Of a stretch of DNA of 64,000 nucleotides, positions 41,102-50,442 are shown one piece after another. The translations under genes and the position numbers were made by a program. Source of the stretch: Longimicrobiales bacterium. GTDB taxonomy: Bacteria; Gemmatimonadota; Gemmatimonadetes; Longimicrobiales; Gaopeijiaceae. The stretch covers positions 480,001-544,000 of the forward strand of contig CBDDCX010000006.1 in the NCBI GenBank assembly GCA_965226375.1, written 5' to 3'. The notes beneath the pieces are model-generated. The model was not told the DNA's origin. It ran no database searches and saw only the letters and a program-made list of their open reading frames with translations. The number at the start of each line of letters is the position of its first letter. Position 1 is the first letter of the stretch.

Positions 41102-41136
41102 AGAGGCGGCGGCCCACAGGCCGGCGCCTCTTCGTT
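41102..41136 (+). terminator. Possible intrinsic terminator
   Basis: AGAGGCG-G-CGGCC-CACA-GGCCG-G-CGCCTCT followed by a weak U-tract, 30 nt after the stop. Confidence 0.45.
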
Positions 41137-41181
41137 CAAAGGCATCAACGGGCCTCAGCGGCCTCTTGAAGAAAATCGATC

Positions 41182-42543
41182 ATGAGTGATGTCCAGGAGT
41201 ACATCGGAGACGGGCTGCAGCGCTTCACCGACGAGATCTTCGAATTCATACGCATCCCGTCGGTCAGCGCCAAGTCGGATCACGATGACGACACACGCCG
41301 TGCGGCGGAGTGGCTCGAGGCGAGGATGCTGGACGCCGGCCTCGAGGCTGAGGTCATCGAAACACTGGGACATCCCATTGTACTGGGGGAGTGGCGCGGA
41401 GCCGGCGAAGACGCCCCGACCGTCCTCGTATACGGTCACTACGACGTGCAGCCTCCCGAACCGCTGGAGCTCTGGGATTCCCCGCCCTTCGAGCCGGAGT
41501 TCCGGGAAGGTCGTCTATATGGTCGTGGCTCGGCCGACGACAAGGGCCAGCTCTACCTTCATGTGAAGGCAGCCGAGGCCCACCTGAAAGCCGGGGGCGG
41601 GCTCCCCGTGAACCTCATCATCCTGGCCGAGGGTGAAGAGGAGGTGGGCTCGCAGAATCTGGTTCCTTTCGTCGAAGCGAACAGCGATCGGCTCGCATGT
41701 GACGCGGTAGTCATCTCCGATACGGCGATGTTCGCCCCTGGGCTGCCGTCTCTCCTCTTTTCGCTGCGGGGCATCGCGTACTGCGAGATCCACGTGGAGG
41801 GCCCGTCCAGTGACCTTCACTCCGGTGCGTATGGCGGCCCCGTGGTCAATCCTGCCATGGCGCTTGCGCAGATTCTGGCCACCCTGTTCGACGACCAGGG
41901 CCGCATCGTTATCGACGGCTTCTATGACGATGTATTGGATTGGGACGCCGAAACTCGGGACGGTATTCGAAGCCTGCCTTTCGACGAGGCGGACTTCGCC
42001 TCATCGGTCGGGGCGACTCTCGCCGGGGGTGAGAAGGGATATTCGGTCCCCGAGAGGCTCTGGATCCGGCCGACGTGTGAAGTGAACGGACTGCTCTCGG
42101 GCTACACCGGAGAAGGCGCGAAGACCGTACTTCCAGCAAAGGCCATGGCCAAGGTGAGCTTCCGACTGGTGGCCGACCAGAGTCCCGAACGCGTCTACGA
42201 ACTGGTGCGAGCCCATGTTGCCAAGGTCACTCCTACCGGCGTCACGACCCGGGTCGAGGAACTCCACGGTGGCATGCCCTGGCGAGCCCAGCTGAGCGAC
42301 GACCTCAAGGAAGCCGCGACAGCAGCCTTGTTGAAGGCATTCGGTGCGGCACCCGTGTTGGCAGGCGAGGGCGGGAGCATACCCATTGTAGGGGAGTTCG
42401 AGCGGGTTCTGGGCGCGCCGGCGTTACTGCTCGGCTTCTCTCTGCCGGGGGCGAATCTGCACGCACCGAACGAGTGGTTCCCTCAGGAGAACATCGAGAA
42501 GGGCATCCGGGCATTGGCATATCTCTATGAGGAACTCGGCTAG
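41182..42543 (+). CDS. M20-family dipeptidase
   Basis: YGHYDVQP, GRGSADDKG, EGEEEVGS, DLHSG, GGSIP and HAPNE motifs. Confidence 0.92.
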   Translation: MSDVQEYIGDGLQRFTDEIFEFIRIPSVSAKSDHDDDTRRAAEWLEARMLDAGLEAEVIETLGHPIVLGEWRGAGEDAPTVLVYGHYDVQPPEPLELWDSPPFEPEFREGRLYGRGSADDKGQLYLHVKAAEAHLKAGGGLPVNLIILAEGEEEVGSQNLVPFVEANSDRLACDAVVISDTAMFAPGLPSLLFSLRGIAYCEIHVEGPSSDLHSGAYGGPVVNPAMALAQILATLFDDQGRIVIDGFYDDVLDWDAETRDGIRSLPFDEADFASSVGATLAGGEKGYSVPERLWIRPTCEVNGLLSGYTGEGAKTVLPAKAMAKVSFRLVADQSPERVYELVRAHVAKVTPTGVTTRVEELHGGMPWRAQLSDDLKEAATAALLKAFGAAPVLAGEGGSIPIVGEFERVLGAPALLLGFSLPGANLHAPNEWFPQENIEKGIRALAYLYEELG

Positions 42544-42592
42544 TCGCAGACCGCTGGCAGCCGCCTGCCGAGTGACTAACGGTCGGTTCCGC

Positions 42593-44113
42593 CTAGGAGT
42601 CGGCCTCGCCTGGAGGATTTCCCGGAGGCAGCATTGCGCCGGCCCGTAAGAGGGCACGTGCCTTGTTGAGCGTCTCCTCATACTCCCGGTCCGGATCCGA
42701 GTCGACCACGATCCCGGCACCGGCCTGGACATACGCGGTGCCGTCCTTCACCACGACCGTTCGGATCGTGATGGCCGTATCCATAGCTGCTCCGCCCCAA
42801 CTGAAGTGACCCACGGCCCCTGCATACGGGCCTCGCCTCACCGGCTCCAGCTCGTCGATGATCTCCATGGCCCGGACCTTGGGGGCTCCGGAGACCGTCC
42901 CGGCGGGAAAGCAGGCCCGGAACACGTCCATGGCGGATAGGCCCGGCTGGAGTCTGCCCTCGACCTGGCTGACAAGGTGCATGACGTGCGAGTATCGCTC
43001 GACGACCATCAGGTCGGGGACCCCCACCGATCCGTACTCGGCCACCCGTCCCACGTCATTGCGCCCCAGATCGACCAGCATACGATGCTCCGCCAACTCT
43101 TTCTCATCGTCGGCCAGTTCCTGCGCGAGTACCCGATCCTGTTCCGGGGTGGTGCCCCTTGGCCGGGTCCCGGCGATCGGTCGCACCGTCACGACCCCGT
43201 CCTCGACCCGGACCAGGACCTCTGGTGAACTCCCCACTAGGCAAAGGCCATCGAGCTCCAGAAAGTAGAGATAGGGGGACGGGTTCAGTGACCGAAGCGC
43301 TCGATAAAGGTCGAAGGGTCCACCAGGGAGCTGCATCTCGAGGCGTTGGCTGAGCACGACCTGGAACGCGTCACCGGCCATGATGTAATCACGGATCTTC
43401 TCGACAGCGGCCCCGAACTCCTCGCGGCTCATGGTGCTCGTGAAGCTCGGATCTTCATCGGGTTCCGGACCGAGTTCCAGGGCAGGTGGCGCCTCCTCCT
43501 CTGATAGCCGAGACACCAGTGCCTGCGTCTTGTCACCCGCCAGATCGTACCGCCTACGGAGCTCCTCCTCGCTCAGACCATCCTCGACCTCGACCGTTGC
43601 GATTGCCATTGCACGCCCCAGAAGGTTGTCGATGGCAAGCACGACATCGATAAAGACGAAGAGTCCGTCCGGAAGGTGCAGATCGTCTGGCGGCCCATCG
43701 GGTAACTTCTCGATCTGGCGCACCACGTCGTACCCGAAGTACCCTACTGCGCCTCCCCACAGCCGGGGTAGGCCTCCGGTCGCGAGTGGTTCTCTGGCTC
43801 GCAGCCGCTCGTCGAGATCGGTCAGAGGGTCGTCGGTGGCGATGGGGGTCCAACCATCGGCTTGGGTCCACAGTTCAGCTCGGCCCTGGACCAGGCGCCA
43901 GGCTGCGGCGGGTTCGCTCCCCAAAAACGTGTATCGAGCCCATTGCTCGCCTCCGACTACGGACTCGAGAAGAAAGCCGAAGGGAGGACGTCGAATCTTG
44001 GCATAGGCGGTGACGGCAGTGTCTACATCGAACAAGAACTCTCTCCACACCGGAAGGACGCCGGCGCGACCCGCCTGTGCGCGGAACTCTTCGAAGGTGG
44101 GCTTGAGTTGCAT
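42593..44113 (-). CDS. trpE: Anthranilate synthase component I
   Basis: FLLESVVGGE, AGDAFQVVLSQR, NPSPY, RPIAGTRPRG, EHRMLVDLGRND, FPAGTVSGAPK and QAGAGIV motifs. Confidence 0.94.
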   Translation of the reverse strand: MQLKPTFEEFRAQAGRAGVLPVWREFLFDVDTAVTAYAKIRRPPFGFLLESVVGGEQWARYTFLGSEPAAAWRLVQGRAELWTQADGWTPIATDDPLTDLDERLRAREPLATGGLPRLWGGAVGYFGYDVVRQIEKLPDGPPDDLHLPDGLFVFIDVVLAIDNLLGRAMAIATVEVEDGLSEEELRRRYDLAGDKTQALVSRLSEEEAPPALELGPEPDEDPSFTSTMSREEFGAAVEKIRDYIMAGDAFQVVLSQRLEMQLPGGPFDLYRALRSLNPSPYLYFLELDGLCLVGSSPEVLVRVEDGVVTVRPIAGTRPRGTTPEQDRVLAQELADDEKELAEHRMLVDLGRNDVGRVAEYGSVGVPDLMVVERYSHVMHLVSQVEGRLQPGLSAMDVFRACFPAGTVSGAPKVRAMEIIDELEPVRRGPYAGAVGHFSWGGAAMDTAITIRTVVVKDGTAYVQAGAGIVVDSDPDREYEETLNKARALLRAGAMLPPGNPPGEADS

Positions 44114-44176
44114 GGACCTGATTCGTCATGTGAGAGAGGCCCCGGGTCGAGGCCTGGAGAACTTATGAGTGAACTG

Positions 44177-44220
44177 AAAAAGGGAAAGATCTCCCGGGTT
44201 GTCGCGGTCGACACCGGGAG
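44177..44220 (-). terminator. Terminator-like hairpin in the trpE 5' region
   Basis: Minus strand CTCCCGG-TGTCG-ACCG-CGACA-AC-CCGGGAG followed by ATCTTTCCCTTTTT, about 65 nt before the trpE ATG. Confidence 0.5.
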
Positions 44221-44376
44221 GAGCCGATGGTGGTCCTGGAGTACAGCTCGACCACGTGGGTTCCGGAGCGGTGGCGGCTGATGTTGGACGACTGGGGAAG
44301 CCTGCACCTCTCGGCACAGTAGGAGGACCGCTGTGCTATCTTGATGCCGCCGTACAGCACTCGAACCAGGAACGAG

Positions 44377-46716
44377 ATGAGCCACACTGAACCTGAAAGT
44401 GGCCCCAGGCTGGTCGCAGATAACGAGCCGAGGGTGACAGACGGTCCTAAAGTCGAGGCGCCGCCCTACCGCTGGGCGGCCTTTGTCGCTTTGGGGGTGG
44501 GCCTTCTATACTCGCTGACGCTGGCTCCCACGACCGCGTTCTGGGACACGAGCGAATACATCGCCACCGGGCACATCCTCGGCATTCCGCATCCACCGGG
44601 AAATCCTCTCTTCGTGGTGCTCGCCCGGGCATGGGACATCCTTCTAGCGCCCCTCGGGCTGGCAGTGGCTACCCGCATCAATCTCTTCTCGGCACTCATG
44701 GGGAGCCTGGCCCACGGCCTCTGGTTCCTGGCTGTCTACCATATCCTCGGGTTCTTCTCAGCCGATCGACGCTTCAGGCTGGTCGGCGCCGTAACCGCGG
44801 TGCTCGTAAGCGCCACTGCCTTTACGGTCTGGCATCAGTCAAATGTGAACGAGAAGGTGTACACGGTCTCGCTCTTCACCATCGCTTTGTTGACATGGCT
44901 CGCGTTCCACTGGCGGGAAAACCTGGGAAGGGGCAGGGACGACAACCTGCTCGTACTCATGGCCTTCATTCTGGCACTTTCCGTGGGGAACCACCTGATG
45001 GCGTTCCTGGCCGCCCCGGCTCTGGGCGTATTCATCCTGCTGGTCTCACCTCGGACTCTGCTCAACTGGAGACTCTACGCGGTGGGGGCGGTGGCCGTCT
45101 TCCTCGGCCTCTCCATTCACCTTTTTCTGCCGCTTCGTGCAGGCCTGGCGCCGGTAATCAATCAGGCCGATCCGACCTGCTCGAGCGTATCGAGCGCCCT
45201 GACGAGCATCGTTACTTGGGGGCAGGCAGGGTGTGCGGACTTGTCGGCATCCCTCTCGAGACAGCAATACGACAAGCCGCCGCTCTTCCCGCGCCTGGCG
45301 GCCCTGGGTTCTCAATATGCGAACTATCTGCAGTACTTCGACTGGCAATGGGCCAGAGGAGTGGCCGGACCCGACACCGTATTCCCGCTTCTCAGGCTCC
45401 CCTTCACCTTTCTGTTCGCGGCGCTCGGGGTCTTCGGCGCGAGCCAGCACCTTCGCCGCGATCCGGCCACGGGGCTCTACACCTTGGTCCTTTTCGCCAC
45501 GCTGTCGCTGGGGCTCGTCTTCTACCTGAACTTCAAGTACGGCTACTCCCTCGCGTCGCCTACCCCAGGCCTCCAATTCCACGAGGTGCGTGAGCGCGAC
45601 TACTTCTTCGTTGTCGGCTTCTCGATCTGGGGACTTTGGGCCGGAACAGGCATCGCGGCCCTGTGGCAGCGGTTTGCCGAGCACCTGAAGGGTAATTGGC
45701 TACGGGCGTCACCCGTGCTGTTGGTAGCGCTCGTGCCGCTCCTTCTCAACTGGTCCTGGGCCAGCCGCAAGGGCGACTATTCGGCCAGGGACTGGGGATA
45801 CAACCTCCTCATGAGCGTGGAGCCATATGGTGTGCTCTTCACCAACGGGGACAATGACACGTTCCCCCTTTGGTATCTCCAGGAAGCCGAGGGTATCCGC
45901 CAGGACGTCACGGTCATCGTCACGTCCTACCTCAACACCGACTGGTACACCAAGCAGATCCGTGACCTGACTCGCCCCTGTCCGGCCGGCGTGGACCCCG
46001 CACAGAGTCCCACGACCATCGTCTGCCAGCGTCCCTACCACGCCGCGTCTACGTCGGCGATGTATACCCATGATCGTGCCGAGGCAGAGGGGCTGGGCAA
46101 GATCGGGATCTTGATGGACGAGTCGGTGACGACCCCACTGAAATCCCTACTCGCCCTGGAAGACTCCGTCATCGAGCAGGTAGCGAGTGCCGCCGGGTAC
46201 TTCTCGATGGAAGAGGACCGCGACTTCCGCCTTGGTCCAGTGGTGGCCAGGCTGGAGGGGGGTGCGGTGGTTTTCCCCTGGCAGCAGTTCGCGTTGTCGA
46301 TCATCCAGAACAGTATCGACGACCGGCCCATCTACTTCGCTTCCAGTGGCAACGCGGCGCGGTCCCTGGGGCTGTCGCCCTATCTGGTCAGACAGGGGCT
46401 CGCCTTTCGGCTCAACCCGGGCCCTCCGGACTTGAGCCCGACAAACGTTCTCATGCAGGACGCCAGCCTGGTGCCGGTCACAGGGCCGTGGCTCGACGAG
46501 GAAAGAACCCGAGCGTTGGTCGACGAAGTGTTCATGCACCGGGGTGGAATTCCCGACGGATGGCTACACTGGCCTGATCGCTCGACCATCGGGATTCCCT
46601 ATTACTACACCTGGGCCTACGCGGCGCTGGTGCAGGCAGCGATCCAGAGCGACGACCCGAGTGCCGCGGCTCCGTATGAGGAGCGTTTGGTCGCGTGGCA
46701 GACCTTGGCGCAGTAG
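44377..46716 (+). CDS. DUF2723 / TMEM260-like multi-pass glycosyltransferase
   Basis: APTTAFWDTSEY, LGIPHPPGNPLF, EVRERDYFF and LFTNGDNDTFPLWY motifs. Confidence 0.85.
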   Translation: MSHTEPESGPRLVADNEPRVTDGPKVEAPPYRWAAFVALGVGLLYSLTLAPTTAFWDTSEYIATGHILGIPHPPGNPLFVVLARAWDILLAPLGLAVATRINLFSALMGSLAHGLWFLAVYHILGFFSADRRFRLVGAVTAVLVSATAFTVWHQSNVNEKVYTVSLFTIALLTWLAFHWRENLGRGRDDNLLVLMAFILALSVGNHLMAFLAAPALGVFILLVSPRTLLNWRLYAVGAVAVFLGLSIHLFLPLRAGLAPVINQADPTCSSVSSALTSIVTWGQAGCADLSASLSRQQYDKPPLFPRLAALGSQYANYLQYFDWQWARGVAGPDTVFPLLRLPFTFLFAALGVFGASQHLRRDPATGLYTLVLFATLSLGLVFYLNFKYGYSLASPTPGLQFHEVRERDYFFVVGFSIWGLWAGTGIAALWQRFAEHLKGNWLRASPVLLVALVPLLLNWSWASRKGDYSARDWGYNLLMSVEPYGVLFTNGDNDTFPLWYLQEAEGIRQDVTVIVTSYLNTDWYTKQIRDLTRPCPAGVDPAQSPTTIVCQRPYHAASTSAMYTHDRAEAEGLGKIGILMDESVTTPLKSLLALEDSVIEQVASAAGYFSMEEDRDFRLGPVVARLEGGAVVFPWQQFALSIIQNSIDDRPIYFASSGNAARSLGLSPYLVRQGLAFRLNPGPPDLSPTNVLMQDASLVPVTGPWLDEERTRALVDEVFMHRGGIPDGWLHWPDRSTIGIPYYYTWAYAALVQAAIQSDDPSAAAPYEERLVAWQTLAQ

Positions 46717-46833
46717 TTCCGGCTCCCGTCGACCCTAGCCTGTCCCCGCCGTGTGAGGGGCCGGGGATGGCGGCGGCACAACCTCGATCGCTATCCTCTC
46801 CTGGAACCGAAATCCCTGCCAGGAGGAATCCCC

Positions 46834-47271
46834 GTGAGCAGTGTCCCGCAAAACCTCGAAAATCACGCCAAGTTCGTGCCCCTGTACCACTTCGTGTCCT
46901 TTGGGCTCATCGCGGTCTACACGCTTTGGTCATTGTACGTCGCAGTGACCGCTTTCTCCGTCGGGGCGCTCATGTCGCTCTTCCTGGGCGTCGGCATTGT
47001 CTTCGTCTTCTTCTTCTCCAGGCTGTTCCCACTTGGCGTACAGGATCGGGTGATTCGTCTGGAGGAACGTGTGCGCCTGGAGCGCCTTCTGGGATCCGAG
47101 CGGCACGACGCCATCTACGGGATGGACACTGAACTGCTGATCGGCCTCCGGTTCGCCTCCGACGGTGAGGTCGCTGACCTCTTCAACGCGATCGTCTCCG
47201 AAGGCATCTCCGACCGGGCCGAGGTTAAGAAGCGCGTGAAGAACTGGCGGACCGACAACCAGCGGATCTGA
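46834..47271 (+). CDS. Conserved hypothetical membrane protein (DUF6526-like)
   Basis: AGGAGG SD then GTG; QNLENHAKFVPLYHF, QDRVIRLEERVR, LRFASDGE and WRTDNQR. Confidence 0.75.
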   Translation: MSSVPQNLENHAKFVPLYHFVSFGLIAVYTLWSLYVAVTAFSVGALMSLFLGVGIVFVFFFSRLFPLGVQDRVIRLEERVRLERLLGSERHDAIYGMDTELLIGLRFASDGEVADLFNAIVSEGISDRAEVKKRVKNWRTDNQRI

Positions 47272-47294
47272 CGCACAGACGTTCAGGTCCTCAG

Positions 47295-47897
47295 TTGGAA
47301 GCGCACTCACGATCGAGCGGGACCACGGCCTCTGATCCGCCTCCGGGCCACAGTTTCGAGGCGGAGATGATTCTGCAGATCGTGCAGACCGTCGACCGCT
47401 GGTACGTCGGCGTGCAGGACGTGGCCCGGTCGGTCGGCATTCTCGGTTCGGGACGGGAGTCGATCCAGGAGTCAGAGGAGGACGGTCTTCGGTACGCCGA
47501 ATTTCCGGACCTCGAGGACGAGGGTTGGCCGGGCTTCCGTATGGTACTTCCCCCCGAGGCCGCGTTCAGTCACGCGACGTCCGGCGTTTTCTACAGGGGC
47601 GCCCACTATCGCACGGACTTGGTGCGCGAAGAGCTCGTCGTGAGGTACAAGGCGGCCTTGGCAGATGCCGGACTCCGCTATCAATCCCGTGACGGCCCTA
47701 AGGATGACTTTCTTCGGACAGGGGACTTGGGTGGCGACGTCAGAATCCGTATCACCCGGAGCCGACGAGGGTGCACCACTGTCTCCACCGGACAGTATCG
47801 AGACCGTGAGAGGGTCGAAGCCGCCATCCGCGAGGCGGCCGAGCGAATGAAATCGGGTGGGACCGACACCGACCCGAGGGAATCAATGGACGCGTAG
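47295..47897 (+). CDS. Hypothetical protein
   Basis: Best-fitting ORF for the gap; no recognised motif and start uncertain. Confidence 0.45.
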   Translation: MEAHSRSSGTTASDPPPGHSFEAEMILQIVQTVDRWYVGVQDVARSVGILGSGRESIQESEEDGLRYAEFPDLEDEGWPGFRMVLPPEAAFSHATSGVFYRGAHYRTDLVREELVVRYKAALADAGLRYQSRDGPKDDFLRTGDLGGDVRIRITRSRRGCTTVSTGQYRDRERVEAAIREAAERMKSGGTDTDPRESMDA

Positions 47898-49301
47898 CTT
47901 TCCCACGCCGCTACTTCGGACACGCGTCTGGGGAGCGCCTGCCCGGTCCACACGCAGATCCACGATCCAATCGAACGATTCCGGAATCGTATCCAGAATC
48001 TCGCCCCGGCAGAAGAGAAGGATCTTCGGGACGCGAGGCATCATGCCCCTGAGGAGCCCGACGGCCCGGACCTTGGCCTCAGGCTCGAGACGGTCGAATG
48101 TGTCCCCGAGGAGCACTTCTTCAAACTGAATGCCCTGCGCGCCCCCGAGATGGATCAGCGCCAAGCGGAGAGCGAACAGATAGGCAGCCACCTCTTCGTC
48201 GGACTGCAGCCGTCTCTCTCCCTCGTCCCGAATCACCGTCGGCTCTCCGTCTCCGGTGAGTCCCACGCCCAGAACGCCACCGCTAGTCAGGCGATTCAGG
48301 TAACGGCCGGTCCGGGTCGCCAGCTTATCCCGGGCGTCGGAGAGCAACTCTGCTCGCAGAGCCTCCAGGGCCCTGCGACGCCGATCGACTCCTTCATCCT
48401 CGCTGGTGGTTGCGTGGTCCTCGACCCGCGCCGACTTGCGCCGGTCCCTCGAGGTGCCGGCCGCCCGAACGGCAGCCAGCGTATCCTCGGCCTCCGCAAG
48501 CTCCGGCAGCCGCGCACGGAGACGCTCTACCTCTTCCGCGCATTCTTCGATGGTGGCCTGAAGCCGGATCGCCTTCCCCTCCAGGTCTTGAAGGTGAATG
48601 GGCTTGAAGTCCAACTGCTCCCGACGACGCTTCCACCAACTGCCGTCCTGAACCACCGACTCCCACTCTTCACCGAGAACCGCCAGGACCGACTTGAACC
48701 GCTCGGCTAACAAGCGATCGCAGGTAGGACACTCACTGTCCGGGCCTCCGGCCTCCATCTGCTGGAGCCGTACCTTCAATTCCCGGGCCCGGTCCCGATA
48801 GGCGAGGAGGTGCGTCTCGGCATCCTGCCTCTCACGCAGCCACTCCATGTTGGCCACCTCCATATCGCCGCTCACCTCTACGGCGTCGGCCCGCATTTCG
48901 CGGACCTCACGTTCCTTCCTCACCACGGCCTCCGGGAGCCGACGAAGCTCCTGGACCCGAGCACGAAGGTTGTCCACTCCCGAATCCATCGAGGTGTGGC
49001 TCGACCTCACCGAACTCTCTCCCTCCAGATTCGCAATTTCACTGTCCACTCCGTCCATTCCGAGCCACTGCGCCAACACTCGGACAGCGCGACGCCACGC
49101 CTGTGCAGGCTCCTTCAGACCGTGCCCGGCAACCAGCGTCGCCAAGCGCTCCTCTCCCTTCACCAGGGGGCCGGCAAGCCGTTCCAGGACTTCACTGCGG
49201 AGTGGCCCATCACCACCGACAAGCGCGGCAAGACCAGGACCCAGCCGAAAGCCCGGCCAGTCCGGATCGATCAACGTTGTACCGATATCGAGGCTGCTCA
49301 A
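47883..49301 (-). CDS. Short SbcC/Rad50-like protein with zinc hook and degenerate ATPase motifs
   Basis: Coiled coil with CPTC. The Walker A position reads LVGGDGPLRSEV, signature QSDEE, Walker B/D-loop LLGDTFDRLE and H-loop LFCR; AGGAG SD before TTG. Confidence 0.75.
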   Translation of the reverse strand: MSSLDIGTTLIDPDWPGFRLGPGLAALVGGDGPLRSEVLERLAGPLVKGEERLATLVAGHGLKEPAQAWRRAVRVLAQWLGMDGVDSEIANLEGESSVRSSHTSMDSGVDNLRARVQELRRLPEAVVRKEREVREMRADAVEVSGDMEVANMEWLRERQDAETHLLAYRDRARELKVRLQQMEAGGPDSECPTCDRLLAERFKSVLAVLGEEWESVVQDGSWWKRRREQLDFKPIHLQDLEGKAIRLQATIEECAEEVERLRARLPELAEAEDTLAAVRAAGTSRDRRKSARVEDHATTSEDEGVDRRRRALEALRAELLSDARDKLATRTGRYLNRLTSGGVLGVGLTGDGEPTVIRDEGERRLQSDEEVAAYLFALRLALIHLGGAQGIQFEEVLLGDTFDRLEPEAKVRAVGLLRGMMPRVPKILLFCRGEILDTIPESFDWIVDLRVDRAGAPQTRVRSSGVGKLRVH

Positions 49302-49356
49302 CGCTTAGTTCTCCTAGGAGCCTGTGGACCACCCACTTCAATTCTTCGATAGACCT

Positions 49357-50442
49357 CTACCATTGCGTGGCTGGCAGACAACCTTCCACCAGCCGTACCA
49401 GATCCTCGAGGCTGTCCCCATCCCCATCCTCCGCCAGGCGCTTTGCCAACCGGGACGCCAAGCGCATGGACGGCCTCTCCTCAGCAGCCTCCGCCCCTCT
49501 GGTGTGCTCATCGAGTTGGACCTCCAGGTGCAAGGCCCTGCGTCGATATTCCGGCAACAACCCCTGCAGCAAGTCCAAGCGACCCGGTGGAAGCCCCTCT
49601 ATGCGAATACGTACAATCTTCTCCTCGATTCCACCCGGGACTTCGTCGAGTACTTCCCGGACACGCTCACGGAGCCGATCCGGTCGATCGTTCTCATACG
49701 GTATCGAAGCCAAGGAGACGACGGGGCGACCGTGGACGGCGTGGAATCGAACGCGCCCCGACTCCAGCTCGCACGTCAGAAAGCCCTTCTCCTCAGCCGC
49801 TTCCTCCCACGGCGTGGATCCCACCCGCTCGAGGGATCCCGCATAGTGCACCGGCCCCCCGACCTGCCGTCGATGGTGCTCGTAACCCAGGGCTACGTAG
49901 TCCCATTCCGAGGAATCCAGTGAGATGATTGCCTCGTCCCCTCCGTCGGTGGATCCATAACCTGCGAGCACATTCCACCGTGCGTCGGGGTTGGGAGCCA
50001 CCGGTGGAGGTGGCCCCTGCAGTGTGGCCCGATGGGGAACGAGCGTCACGTTCAAGTCCAGTTGAGAGTAGTACACCGAGCGCGTCGTTCCGGTCACGGC
50101 CTCGACTGCCGCCATCGTGTCGAACGTGGCCAACGGACCCGGATCCGCCACCGGGGCAGGTGTGTCTCGGGCTCCCGCCACGAGGAGGACCGGAGCCTCC
50201 GGAAGGGCCTCTCGGAGGGCCCGGAGGCCCTGAGCGAGGGCCACCAACGCTGAATGAGGGGGTTCCGGCCGGTCGAACACATCACCCGCAAGGATGATCG
50301 CCGCCGGCTTGAGTCCTATGACCCTGTCGATGGCCTGGTGGAACGCGCGGGAAACATCCGCCTCCCGGACGTTGCGACCCTGCTCCACGTGGGCGTACGC
50401 GCGATATCCCAGATGAAGGTCCGAGAGATGGGCGATGATCAT
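49357..50442 (-). CDS. SbcD/Mre11-like metallophosphoesterase with substituted metal ligands
   Basis: SDLHLG and AGDVFD are retained; GNH is replaced by GAR, the motif IV His by LAGYG, and GHxH by GYEH; YAGSLE and EEKGF are retained. Confidence 0.82.
   Translation of the reverse strand: MIIAHLSDLHLGYRAYAHVEQGRNVREADVSRAFHQAIDRVIGLKPAAIILAGDVFDRPEPPHSALVALAQGLRALREALPEAPVLLVAGARDTPAPVADPGPLATFDTMAAVEAVTGTTRSVYYSQLDLNVTLVPHRATLQGPPPPVAPNPDARWNVLAGYGSTDGGDEAIISLDSSEWDYVALGYEHHRRQVGGPVHYAGSLERVGSTPWEEAAEEKGFLTCELESGRVRFHAVHGRPVVSLASIPYENDRPDRLRERVREVLDEVPGGIEEKIVRIRIEGLPPGRLDLLQGLLPEYRRRALHLEVQLDEHTRGAEAAEERPSMRLASRLAKRLAEDGDGDSLEDLVRLVEGCLPATQW

Noticed and set aside
44198..44220. GGTGTCGACCGCG resembling a T-box antiterminator
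   Set aside because: It lacks the UGGN bulge needed to pair with the tRNA NCCA end, and no Stem I motifs were recognised.
44165..44281. Short ORF MSELKKGKISRVVAVDTGRSRWWSW... resembling a Trp leader peptide beside trpE
   Set aside because: It is on the + strand, antisense to trpE, so it cannot act as a ribosome-stalling attenuator for that gene.
47520..47545. WPGFR peptide shared by the 47295 ORF and the N-terminus of the SbcC-like protein
   Set aside because: Five residues with no flanking similarity; probably coincidental.
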